From an uncultured Bacteroidales bacterium (GTDB lineage: Bacteria; Bacteroidota; Bacteroidia; Bacteroidales; UBA932), in the NCBI GenBank assembly GCA_946187365.1, contig CAMHRD010000001.1, forward strand, positions 1-27,066: a stretch of 27,066 bases of DNA, given 5' to 3'. A program made the position numbers and the translations under genes. This document shows, piece by piece, positions 1 through 9,100 of this stretch (position 1 is its first letter; each line of letters starts with the position of its first letter). Under the pieces are notes generated by a model. It worked only from the letters and a program-made list of their open reading frames with translations, was not told the origin of the DNA and did no database searches.

Positions 1-561
1 GTTGTGATGCTTACCGGAGTATTTGTTTCTCCTTGTTTTGCACAGAAAAAAGAGACCAGAAAGGAAAAACAGGCCAGAATTGAGAAAATGGTTGCAGACG
101 GAGCTGCCCAAAAGGACTTTTTCATTGAAATTGGAAGAATATTCCCTAAGAACGGTGTGGCTCAAAACATTGTTTATGACACACAGGTTTACTTTATTGA
201 CTGCAGAAAGGACCGTTTCTTCTGCAATCTTCCATATATAGGACAGGCCGAGGTTGCTTCCAGAACTGCATACGGAAGTCAGGTTAATTCCAGTATGGGA
301 TTGGCAGCCCATAACCAGGTGGTAACAATCATAGGCGGATGGCAGGAGAAGGCAAAGAGTTACCTCTTTCAGGTTGTATTCTGGAACGGTGATGTTGATA
401 ATGACAAAGATCCAAAACAGGTTACTTTAACCATTCAGCTTTATAAATCCGGCAAAGCATACGCAATGGCTGCCATACCGGGTTATGAGAACGTCTCTTA
501 CGAAGGAGAGATTGCAGAGAGACCTGCACCGGAAGAGCCGAATCCTCTTACAACGGAATAA
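1..561 (+). CDS. DUF4251-like exported protein (probably 5'-truncated by the window edge)
   Basis: Frame is open from base 1 (gtt gtg atg...). Signal-peptide-like end ...SPCFA|QKK. Core 'FFIEIGRIFP...FFCNLPYIGQA...AYG' resembles the DUF4251 pattern (F.I.V....P...LPYFGRAY). Family assigned by recognition, not by search. Confidence 0.6.
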   Translation, partial: VVMLTGVFVSPCFAQKKETRKEKQARIEKMVADGAAQKDFFIEIGRIFPKNGVAQNIVYDTQVYFIDCRKDRFFCNLPYIGQAEVASRTAYGSQVNSSMGLAAHNQVVTIIGGWQEKAKSYLFQVVFWNGDVDNDKDPKQVTLTIQLYKSGKAYAMAAIPGYENVSYEGEIAERPAPEEPNPLTTE

Positions 562-574
562 AAAACAATAGATT

Positions 575-1111
575 ATGAAGAATATTACACGCATTATCAG
601 TATAGTTGCCGCCGCTACGGTATTGGGAATCTTTCTGGTTTCCTGCGGAACAACTGTTCAGAGCGGAAACAACAACGTTACCGTAACTCAGAAGGTTAAC
701 GTTAAGACCAATGACTTTTATGTTGAGGTAGACAGAATCATTCCTCTGGGATTTCCTCAGAAAGAGACTTTGGACGGTTATTATCTCTCAGTAAAGGGAG
801 ATACCCTCAACTGCATGCTTCCTTATATAGGCAAGGCAAACCTCTCATTTGCAGATGAAAACGCCATATCAATAGAGGCGGATGATTATAAGATATCTCC
901 AAAATCTTCATACAATGAGAAGAAGAAGGGGTATCAGGTAGATTTCAGTTTTACCAACCGTTACTGTGCGGAGACTTTTGACGTAACCGTAGAACTTTAT
1001 GACAGCGGATACGCTTACATAAGAGTTACTTCTGCTTACAGAGATATGATTCAGTATCACGGACAGGTTACCAACAGACCTACCATTAAAAAGATTATTA
1101 AGAAGAAATAG
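575..1111 (+). CDS. DUF4251-like lipoprotein, paralog of the upstream ORF
   Basis: Lipobox LVS-C. Core 'DFYVEVDRIIP...YLSVKGDTLNCMLPYIGKA' aligns by eye with the upstream ORF. 13 nt downstream of it. Confidence 0.65.
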   Translation: MKNITRIISIVAAATVLGIFLVSCGTTVQSGNNNVTVTQKVNVKTNDFYVEVDRIIPLGFPQKETLDGYYLSVKGDTLNCMLPYIGKANLSFADENAISIEADDYKISPKSSYNEKKKGYQVDFSFTNRYCAETFDVTVELYDSGYAYIRVTSAYRDMIQYHGQVTNRPTIKKIIKKK

Positions 1112-1122
1112 TCAAACCCGTT

Positions 1123-3597
1123 ATGTTTAAAAGATTTTCTCTTCTCATCAAGGGCGCAATATTTACAATCTCCTTGATGTGCGTTTCCTTTGTATCATAC
1201 GCTCAGAAAGAGAGCGTTAATCCATACAACACTCTCATTCCCAAACCTCAAAAGGTGGAGATGTTTGAAGGTAAAGAGGGGGCGCTCATTAATAAACGGT
1301 ACTATATAATCTCTCCGGAGTGGGAGGTTTCATCTGCAATGCTTCTTGCGGATTACTTGAACAATCTGTTTGGAAGGGAGAATGTTTGGCGTGTAAACAC
1401 CTGGTCTTTGGATGATTACAGAAGGTACACAAAAGGTTCTCTGGCAGTAAACAAACCAAAGTTTGTAAGAAAAAGTGACGGCGCAACAAAGATTTTTATA
1501 AACGCTTTTGATATCCTTCCTAACATTGATGAGAAAGAGAAGGGTAAATATTATCTCTCTGTTCTGGAAGATGAAATTACAATAAATGCAAAAGATAAAG
1601 AGGGTGTTTTAAACGGAATTCAGACACTTTTACAGCTTCTTCCTCCGCAGGTATATAACTCTAATAATAAGGAGTTTATAAATGAGTATATGATTCCTGC
1701 AGGAAAGATAGAAGATTATCCTCAGTTCCAGTACAGAGGTTATGAGTTGGATGTTTCAAGAACCTTCCGTCCGGCAAAGGATATCTATAAAGTTCTGCGT
1801 TGGATGGCACATCATAAACTCAACAAATTTCACTGGCATCTTACAGATGATCAGGGATGGAGAATTGAGATAAAATCTCTTCCGCTTTTAACGGAGAAGG
1901 GTGCCTGGAGAGGACCGGATGAGGTTGTTCCATCTTCCTTTGGTTCAGGCAATAAGCGCTACGGAGGTTTCTACACTCAGGAGCAGATTGAAGATATTGT
2001 ACGTTATTCGGAGTCTTTGGGAATAGAGATTATTCCGGAGATTGAAACTCCGGGACATTCACTTGCAGTTGCAGCAAGTTATCCGGAGATTCTCTGCAAC
2101 GCTCCGGAAGATACAAGCATTAACAACACCGGTTACAGCAGAGAAATATGGTGCGTTGCAAAGGAGAGCAACTACGAGTTTATAGAGAAGATTATTAAAG
2201 AGGTTGCAGAACTTTTCCCAAGCAAAATAATCAATATGGGAGGAGATGAAGTAAACCACTTTAACTGGAAGAGATGTCCGGATTGTCAGGCACTTATGAA
2301 GAAGATGGGATATACTGACGAGAGTCAGCTGCACTCCTATTTTGTAACCAGAGTGAACGAGATTGCAAAGAAATACAACAAGAAGATTGCAGGGTGGGAG
2401 GAGATTATGATGGCAGACGGAATTCAGGATAATTCTCTTATTTATGTATGGCACAGCAAGAAGTTTGGACCTATGGCGGTTCAAAACAGATTTGACTGTG
2501 TTATGCAGGCAGCGGAGTATGTTTATATGGATATGAAGCAGTCTCCTATTGAGAGAGGGCACAACTGGTGCAGAGTTGTTCCGCTGGATATAACCTACGC
2601 ATACGATCCTATTGCACTGGCTGCTTTTGCAGAGAAGAATGAGAAGGAGAGAGAAAAGTTCTACAACATTCTGGCAAACAGACACGTGGTTGGAATTCAG
2701 GCAGGACTATGGGAAGAGCTGGGTAACAGACCTGAGAACTTTGTTGAGTATCAGACATTTCCAAGACTCTGTGCTGTTGCGGAAACTGCCTGGGGAACAT
2801 CAAAAATGCTGGCAGACAGTGCCGCAAACTATAACGATTTTTATAACCGTCTAACTCAGTATCATTTCCAAAGAATGAACAATATGGGAATAAGATACCG
2901 TGTTCCGTATCCTATAGTTATTGCAGAGGAAAAGGCTCAGACAAGAAGTGATGTTTTAAGAAGCGGCTCACCTAAAAAGCTTTACAAGATTACGGCAAAG
3001 GCTCCTTATGAAAATGCCGTTATAAAATATGCTATAGTTGCACCTCAAACCGCAGCAGACGGAATAAGAGGACAGAAAGATACAACCACCTATAAGTATG
3101 TTTATACTGAGCCTATAATTACCAGAGATATAGCAAATTATCGCTTTGCAACATTTGTCTCTGACACTCTTCACTCCATAGGTGTTGCAGTATCTAACGT
3201 GCCGCTTTACAATGAACTTAAACCGGCTGTAAAAGTTGAAACCAATATGAATGCCTCTGAGAGTTCCATAAAAGTTTTAACTGAATACAAGAGAGGTTCA
3301 TACTGCCGTTTTAACGGCAGAGCAAAGGCAGGAGATTACATTATCTTCACCTTTGATAAACCTGTGCAGTGTTCTGTTATAGACATAGTTACAGGAAGAT
3401 CTAATGTAGATTTCTACGGCATTACAGAGGGTTATGCAGAGTACTCCTTAGACGGTAAAAATTATATGGGAAGAAAAGATGTGGAAGACAGCCGTATGGT
3501 TCTTACTCCAAATGCAAAAGTTAAGAGTGTAAGGATTACTATAACAGGAGAAAGCGATGGTCAGAACCTTATTCTGCCACCGCTTCTAATCTACTAA
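1123..3597 (+). CDS. GH20 beta-N-acetylhexosaminidase with N-terminal GH20b domain and C-terminal discoidin/F5-8-like domain
   Basis: Signal peptide. Motifs 'EDYPQFQYRG', 'LDVSR', 'HWHLTDDQGWRIEI', 'IIPEIETPGH', catalytic 'GGDE', 'GWEEI', 'FPRLCAVAE'. Confidence 0.92.
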   Translation: MFKRFSLLIKGAIFTISLMCVSFVSYAQKESVNPYNTLIPKPQKVEMFEGKEGALINKRYYIISPEWEVSSAMLLADYLNNLFGRENVWRVNTWSLDDYRRYTKGSLAVNKPKFVRKSDGATKIFINAFDILPNIDEKEKGKYYLSVLEDEITINAKDKEGVLNGIQTLLQLLPPQVYNSNNKEFINEYMIPAGKIEDYPQFQYRGYELDVSRTFRPAKDIYKVLRWMAHHKLNKFHWHLTDDQGWRIEIKSLPLLTEKGAWRGPDEVVPSSFGSGNKRYGGFYTQEQIEDIVRYSESLGIEIIPEIETPGHSLAVAASYPEILCNAPEDTSINNTGYSREIWCVAKESNYEFIEKIIKEVAELFPSKIINMGGDEVNHFNWKRCPDCQALMKKMGYTDESQLHSYFVTRVNEIAKKYNKKIAGWEEIMMADGIQDNSLIYVWHSKKFGPMAVQNRFDCVMQAAEYVYMDMKQSPIERGHNWCRVVPLDITYAYDPIALAAFAEKNEKEREKFYNILANRHVVGIQAGLWEELGNRPENFVEYQTFPRLCAVAETAWGTSKMLADSAANYNDFYNRLTQYHFQRMNNMGIRYRVPYPIVIAEEKAQTRSDVLRSGSPKKLYKITAKAPYENAVIKYAIVAPQTAADGIRGQKDTTTYKYVYTEPIITRDIANYRFATFVSDTLHSIGVAVSNVPLYNELKPAVKVETNMNASESSIKVLTEYKRGSYCRFNGRAKAGDYIIFTFDKPVQCSVIDIVTGRSNVDFYGITEGYAEYSLDGKNYMGRKDVEDSRMVLTPNAKVKSVRITITGESDGQNLILPPLLIY

Positions 3598-3613
3598 TAT
3601 ATTGTAAGTTATA

Positions 3614-4834
3614 TTACTCTGCCCGCTTTACGTTTGTATAAGCGGTAACTATTGTTTTATCTAACAGAGAGTTGAACTCCTTTACTTTCTCCTCTGTAAG
3701 TTTACCCTTACGGAGAGCTTTTACCACAGGTTCAGAATCTTTAAGTATCTCCTCCTGGTAAGGATATAACTGCTGGCTATATCCCGTTCCCTCAGGATTA
3801 TAGAGAAGTGAGAAGTGGAAATATTTATTTCCGTTTCCTCTCTTTATTGGGAAGATATCTTTCTTAAGAGAGAGCACCTGGTCACAGGCATAGCAGTAAT
3901 TTTTCTTCTCTCCGCTGCCCTTTAAAAGTGAGAAAGGAATCTGTGAAGGATAGGCCATAAATACCGGAACCATAAGGGCTAACGGGCCATAACCTATACC
4001 GCACCAGAAGATGGTATTAGAACCATTTTCTCCCTTTTTAACTCCCTGGAAAATTGAGATGGCGGAGGTGGATTTTCTTGGAATGAAATCCTGGTCCATA
4101 AACCAACCGTTTGTCTGCTGAGCAATATTGCTCTCCCTCAGATCTGCCTTAAGGAGAGAGTGATAGAAGGAGCGTGAGAGTTTATCCATTATCCATTCAG
4201 GAGTAAATTTAACTCCCTCTGCGTATGCTTTATCTATTACATCAGTAGCGTTGCCGAATCTTACATATCCCATTCCCTTATCCTCTTCTCCGCTGCGGGA
4301 ATAGTTGGTTGTAATGAGGTATCCGTTAGGTGCAACTGCAGGATCATTGGCATCAAACTTTTTCCAGGTTCTGGTATTTACCTCATAGTAAGCTGCTCCT
4401 CCCTCTGCATCTATTACTCCGAAGTTTGCCTCTACTGCAAGAGGTTTTCTTATTGTATCCAACAGATTTTCAAAGTCTTGTATGGTTCTGCAAATTGAGA
4501 GTGCAAGGTACATTACCTCTCCCTCAGAATCCTGCAGATCTTTCTCTTCCGGAATTGCAAGATTGTATGAAGCGGTATTCATTATGCAGAATCCAACCTC
4601 GTTACTTCCGGCCCAGGCATCTCCTCCTCTCTTTGGAGAATTTACCAGAGCAACAAATCCATATATTCTTCCCTGGAAAAATTCAAGGCGGTTATTGAGT
4701 TCTCCGGTGTCTCTGTTTTTCCACATCAGAGGTCTTCCGTCTTTTGTACATTTACCCGTGAAAATTGCTGATGTACAAGCAAATATATCTACAGATAGTA
4801 ACGTAATAAGAAGAAGTGTAAATATCTTTTTCAT
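3614..4834 (-). CDS. Exported Ntn-hydrolase, peptidase C45 / isopenicillin-N acyltransferase-like
   Basis: Signal peptide followed directly by 'CTSAIFTG...DGRPLMWKNRD', then 'NEVGFCIMN' and 'NFGVIDAEGGAAYYE', typical of the Bacteroidales C45-like family. Confidence 0.8.
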   Translation of the reverse strand: MKKIFTLLLITLLSVDIFACTSAIFTGKCTKDGRPLMWKNRDTGELNNRLEFFQGRIYGFVALVNSPKRGGDAWAGSNEVGFCIMNTASYNLAIPEEKDLQDSEGEVMYLALSICRTIQDFENLLDTIRKPLAVEANFGVIDAEGGAAYYEVNTRTWKKFDANDPAVAPNGYLITTNYSRSGEEDKGMGYVRFGNATDVIDKAYAEGVKFTPEWIMDKLSRSFYHSLLKADLRESNIAQQTNGWFMDQDFIPRKSTSAISIFQGVKKGENGSNTIFWCGIGYGPLALMVPVFMAYPSQIPFSLLKGSGEKKNYCYACDQVLSLKKDIFPIKRGNGNKYFHFSLLYNPEGTGYSQQLYPYQEEILKDSEPVVKALRKGKLTEEKVKEFNSLLDKTIVTAYTNVKRAE

Positions 4835-4854
4835 GGTAATAGAATTAATTGTCT

Positions 4855-5892
4855 TTAAAACAGAGAGTAATCTTTATATGGAGATATTCCCAAATGTTTA
4901 TAGGAGATCTCCGTTACCTCTCTTCCTCTTGGAGTTCTTCTCAAAAATCCCTCCTGAATAAGGAATGGTTCATAAACCTCTTCAATAGTTCCGGCATCTT
5001 CACCAACTGCAGTTGCAATGGTTGTAAGTCCAACCGGTCCTCCTTTAAATTTATGAATGATGGTGGAGAGTATTTTATTATCCATCATATCCAATCCTCT
5101 CTTATCTATATTGAGCGCATCAAGAGAATATCTTGTAATCTCCAGATTTATATCTCCGTTACCCTTTACCTGCGCAAAATCTCTAACTCTTCTCAAAAGT
5201 GAGTTGGCAATTCTTGGGGTTCCGCGGCTGCGGCAGGCAATCTCCTTAGATGCCTGGTCATCTATATCTATATCTAAAATCTTTGCAGAACGTTTTACTA
5301 TATTTTGCAGAGTTTCTGTGTTATAATACTCTAAGTGACAGTTAATTCCAAAACGTGCACGGAGCGGTGAGGAGAGAAGTCCGCTGCGGGTTGTGGCTCC
5401 CACAAGAGTGAAAGGATTAAGGGTTATCTGCACAGAGCGGGCACCGGGGCCTTTATCTATCATAATATCTATGCGGAAATCCTCCATCGCGGAGTAAAGA
5501 TATTCCTCCACAATTTTAGGCAGGCGGTGAATCTCATCAATAAAGAGCACGTCTCCCGCCTCAAGTGAGGTTAAAAGGCCGGCCAGATCTCCGGGTTTGT
5601 CCAAAATAGGGCCGGAGGTCACCTTCATATCCACTCCCAGTTCATTGGAGATAATATTGGCCAAAGTGGTCTTTCCTAAACCGGGAGGGCCAAAGAGCAG
5701 GGTATGGTCCAAAGACTCTCCCCTCATCTTTGCAGCCTTCACAAAGACCTTGAGGTTCTCTACAACCTTATCCTGGCCTGCAAAATCACTGAATTCCTGG
5801 GGACGGACCAGCTTTTCCATCTCTCTGTCCGATGTGGATTCTATCTCTCTCGGATTGAAATTCTCTATATTTGTGTTCTCCTCTGAAATCAT
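4855..5892 (-). CDS. ruvB: Holliday junction branch migration helicase RuvB
   Basis: '[12 protein letters not shown]', Walker A 'GPPGLGKTT', Walker B 'VLFIDEIH', 'GATTR', 'RGTPRIAN', C-terminal 'GPVGL...[17 protein letters not shown]'. Confidence 0.98.
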   Translation of the reverse strand: MISEENTNIENFNPREIESTSDREMEKLVRPQEFSDFAGQDKVVENLKVFVKAAKMRGESLDHTLLFGPPGLGKTTLANIISNELGVDMKVTSGPILDKPGDLAGLLTSLEAGDVLFIDEIHRLPKIVEEYLYSAMEDFRIDIMIDKGPGARSVQITLNPFTLVGATTRSGLLSSPLRARFGINCHLEYYNTETLQNIVKRSAKILDIDIDDQASKEIACRSRGTPRIANSLLRRVRDFAQVKGNGDINLEITRYSLDALNIDKRGLDMMDNKILSTIIHKFKGGPVGLTTIATAVGEDAGTIEEVYEPFLIQEGFLRRTPRGREVTEISYKHLGISPYKDYSLF

Positions 5893-5899
5893 AGCAAGA

Positions 5900-5907
5900 C
5901 AAAGATA
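5900..5907 (-). promoter_or_regulatory. Bacteroidota -7 promoter element (TATCTTTG) for ruvB
   Basis: Minus-strand TAnnTTTG match 7 nt upstream of the ruvB ATG. Confidence 0.7.
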
Positions 5908-5920
5908 CTTTTTTAACCGC

Positions 5921-5957
5921 TTAAAATATAATTACTATATAAATTAAAATATAAAAA
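5921..5957. repeat. AT-rich DNA-unwinding-element-like tract containing direct repeat TTAAAATATAA x2
   Basis: 36 of 37 bases are A/T. Identical 11-mers at 5921-5931 and 5944-5954. Confidence 0.75.
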
Positions 5958-5973
5958 GTAGTTGTAGTAATAC
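5956..5973 (+). repeat. DnaA-trio-like array (5'-AAG TAG TTG TAG TAA TAC-3')
   Basis: Period-3 TAG-like repeats (3'-GAT-5') between the AT-rich tract and the tandem DnaA boxes. Confidence 0.7.
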
Positions 5974-5975
5974 TC

Positions 5976-5993
5976 TGTGGAAAGTGTTGATAA
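5976..5993 (-). promoter_or_regulatory. Tandem DnaA boxes (TTATCAACA and CTTTCCACA on the minus strand)
   Basis: Two abutting 9-mers, each one mismatch from TTWTNCACA, pointing toward the trio array. Confidence 0.75.
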
Positions 5994-6046
5994 CCCAAAA
6001 AATCCTATTCAAAATCACTTTTAAGGCATATTTCTTTTAAACCGAG

Positions 6047-6157
6047 TGTTGAAAACCTATAGATAAACCTGTTGGAAAAAAGGAGGTTTTTCCACAGAAA
6101 AAGTTATCCCCTCTTTTTTACAAAGTTATTAACATAGATAATAACAATTTATCTACC
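6047..6157. promoter_or_regulatory. Distal DnaA-box cluster
   Basis: Minus-oriented TTTTCAACA (6047-6055), TTATCTATA (6058-6066), TTTTCCAAC (6071-6079). Plus-oriented TTTTCCACA (6088-6096, exact match), TTATCCCCT (6104-6112), TTTTTTACA (6114-6122), TTATTAACA (6126-6134), TTATCTACC (6149-6157). Confidence 0.65.
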
Positions 6158-6161
6158 TTTG
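6154..6161 (+). promoter_or_regulatory. Bacteroidota -7 promoter element (TACCTTTG) for mfd
   Basis: TAnnTTTG match 10 nt upstream of the mfd ATG. Confidence 0.7.
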
Positions 6162-6171
6162 CGCCACATAT

Positions 6172-9100
6172 ATGAGCAGGATAGAAGGGATAGCCGGCAA
6201 GTTTGACTCCTTGGAAGTGGTGAAAAGATTATCCTCCTTTATAGAGGGCTCTAAAAAGGGTGACTCTGTAGTTATAAAGGGACTTTTCGGATCTTCCAAA
6301 GCTTTTCTATTGTCTTCTGCCGTCAAAAATAGCAGCTACGGCAAGATTCATATAGTGGTGGAGGATACCAAAGAGGCGGCAGAATATATGTGCGCAGATC
6401 TCTATGAGATATTTAACGGAGAGGTCTATTACTTCCCCCTCTCCTCCTCTTCCCAGGCCAGAAAAATCTCCATAAAAGACTCATCTAACAAAGTACAGAG
6501 AAGCATCACCCTCAGCGCTTTGAACAACTTCTCCAGTGAGAGTAATTCTATCGCGATAGTTACATATCCCGATGCGGTAAAGGAGAAAATAATGGCGCAG
6601 CGCGCTGTATTGGAGGGAATACTGAAAATATCTGTGGGTGAGGAGATTGAGTTTGACTCAATAAAGGAAAAACTTACCGCTGCAGGGTTTGAAAGGGTAG
6701 ATTTTGTATCAGAGCCGGGAGAGTTTGCAATAAGGGGAGGTATAGTAGATATCTTCTCATATTCAGACAATGTTCCTTACAGAATAGATTTCTTTGGAAA
6801 CAGTGTAGATAGCATAAGAAAGTTCTCACTGGATACTCAGCGTTCTAAAGAGGAGGTAAAAAGTGTGGAGATATTTCCGAACGTTTGCGGAGAGGATAAG
6901 GTGATGGCTTACGGCGGAGATACTCTCTTTAATTATGCCTCTAAATATTCCGTTGTAATTTGGAACAACACATACGAGCAGTTGGGTGAGATGTATGATA
7001 CTCATCCTTGTATATCTCTGAACGGCAGGAGTATAAAAGATAGCGCAGATGAAGAGGTACTTGAGATGAACTGCTCTCCGCAGCCAAGTTTTAACCGCAA
7101 CTTTGAACTTCTGGCAGATGATATAAGAGCACGTAAAAAGCAAGGATATCAGGTATTTATAAGTTCCTCTTCTGCAGAGCAGATTGAGAGAATAAGAAAC
7201 ATATTCAAAGATTCCGCTCATATATCAGAGGGAGAACATCCTACCTTTGAGGCGCTGGAAAGTTCTATTAACGAGGGCTTTATAAGTGCAGATGTAAAAC
7301 TGTGTCTTTATACTGACCATCAAATTTTTGAGCGTTATCACAGAGTGAAGGTAAGACGTGAGGTGGAGAGAAGCGAGCGTCTTACGCTTGAAGATCTGAG
7401 TGCTTTTCACGTTGGAGATTATGTGGTTCATATAGACCACGGAGTAGGTGTCTTTGGAGGGTTGGTAAAGACAGAGGTAAACGGAAAACATCAGGAGGCT
7501 ATTAAGATAATTTACAAAGACGGTGATGTAATTTTTGTCTCCGTTGGAGGACTTCATAAAATATCAAAATATAAGAGCAAAGACGGGGAGCCTCCTAAGA
7601 TTTACAAACTTGGAAGCGGTGCCTGGAACAAGCTGAAAACCACCACTAAAGCCAAGATTAAAGATATTGCAAAAGAGCTTATTGAACTCTATGCAAAACG
7701 TAAGGGAACAAAGGGCTTTGCCTTCTCTCAAGACTCCTATCTTCAGAACGAACTTGAGGCATCGTTTATGTTTGACGATACGCCGGACCAGGTAAAAGCA
7801 ACCAAGGCCGTTAAGGCAGATATGGAGAGTGAGAATCCTATGGACCGTCTTATATGCGGAGATGTGGGATTCGGAAAGACGGAGGTTGCAATACGTGCGG
7901 CGTTCAAAGCGGTGTGTGACGGAAAGCAGGTTTGCGTTCTGGTACCTACCACAATTCTTGCACTGCAGCACTATAAAACCTTTACGGAAAGACTGGCGGA
8001 GTTTCCTTGTAAGATAGATTATATCAGCCGCTTACGCAGTGCCAAAGATATACGTTTAATAACGGAAGATGTAAAGACTGGAAAGACTGATATTATAATT
8101 GGAACGCACCGTCTTTTGAATAAAAACATCACCTTCAAAGATCTTGGACTTTTAATAATTGATGAGGAGCAGAAGTTTGGTGTTGCCGCAAAAGAGAGGC
8201 TGCGTCAGTTAAAAGTTGAGGTAGATACTTTAACTCTTACCGCCACTCCTATTCCTCGTACTCTGCAGTTCTCACTGCTTGGTGCAAGAGACCTCTCCAT
8301 TATAAATACTCCTCCGCCAAACAGACTGCCTGTGGAGACGGAAGTTATTGATTTTAACGAGGATTACATAAAGGAGGCAATAGAGAGTGAGATAAAGAGA
8401 GGCGGGCAGGTCTTCTTTGTTCACAACAGAGTTGAAGACATTCTTGCGGTGGAGCAGATGATTAACCGCATCTGTCCAAAGGCAAAGACAATTGTGGGGC
8501 ACGGCAAGATGGAACCTTCTGTGCTTGAGAACAGAATTCTAGATTTTATTAGGGGAGATTATGACGTGCTTATCTCCACTACAATCATAGAGAACGGTAT
8601 AGATATACCTAACGCCAACACTATGATTATCAACCAGGCACAGATGTTCGGCCTGAGTGATCTGCATCAGTTAAGGGGTAGGGTTGGACGCAGCAATCGC
8701 AGAGCATACTGCTATCTGATTGTTCCGCCAATGTCCTCCATTACAGAAGATGCAAAGAGAAGGATAAAGGCAATTGAGGCCTTCTCTGAACTGGGCAGCG
8801 GATTCAATATTGCAATGCAGGATTTGGATATAAGAGGTGCCGGCAATATGTTGGGAGGAGAGCAGAGCGGCTTCATTGCAGATATGGGATTTGAGACCTA
8901 CCAAAAGATTCTCAATGAGGCATTTATAGAGATTAACGCCCAGCGGGCAGACTTTGTAAATCCAATGCAGAACACCACTCAGTTTGTATCTGACTGCACC
9001 GTTGAGACAGACCTGGAAATCTTTATTCCGGATGAATATATACCTCAGCCAACGGAGAAGATTAAACTCTATAAAGATTTGGATGCGGTTAAGGAAGAAA

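Larger units (their letters stand above)
5893..6171. other. Candidate chromosomal replication origin (oriC)
   Basis: AT-rich tract 5921-5957, TAG-like trinucleotide repeats 5956-5973, tandem DnaA boxes 5976-5984 and 5985-5993, further boxes at 6047-6055, 6058-6066, 6088-6096 (exact TTWTNCACA match), 6104-6112, 6114-6122, 6126-6134 and 6149-6157. Confidence 0.8.

Noticed and set aside
2059-2685. 208-aa minus-strand ORF inside GH20, plus the other short overlapping ORFs in the track (e.g. 4482-4961, 7564-7971, 9713-10321, 12571-12990, 13157-13603, 17518-17970, 22531-22899)
   Set aside because: Antisense or alternative-frame shadows of well-supported genes, with no recognisable motifs.
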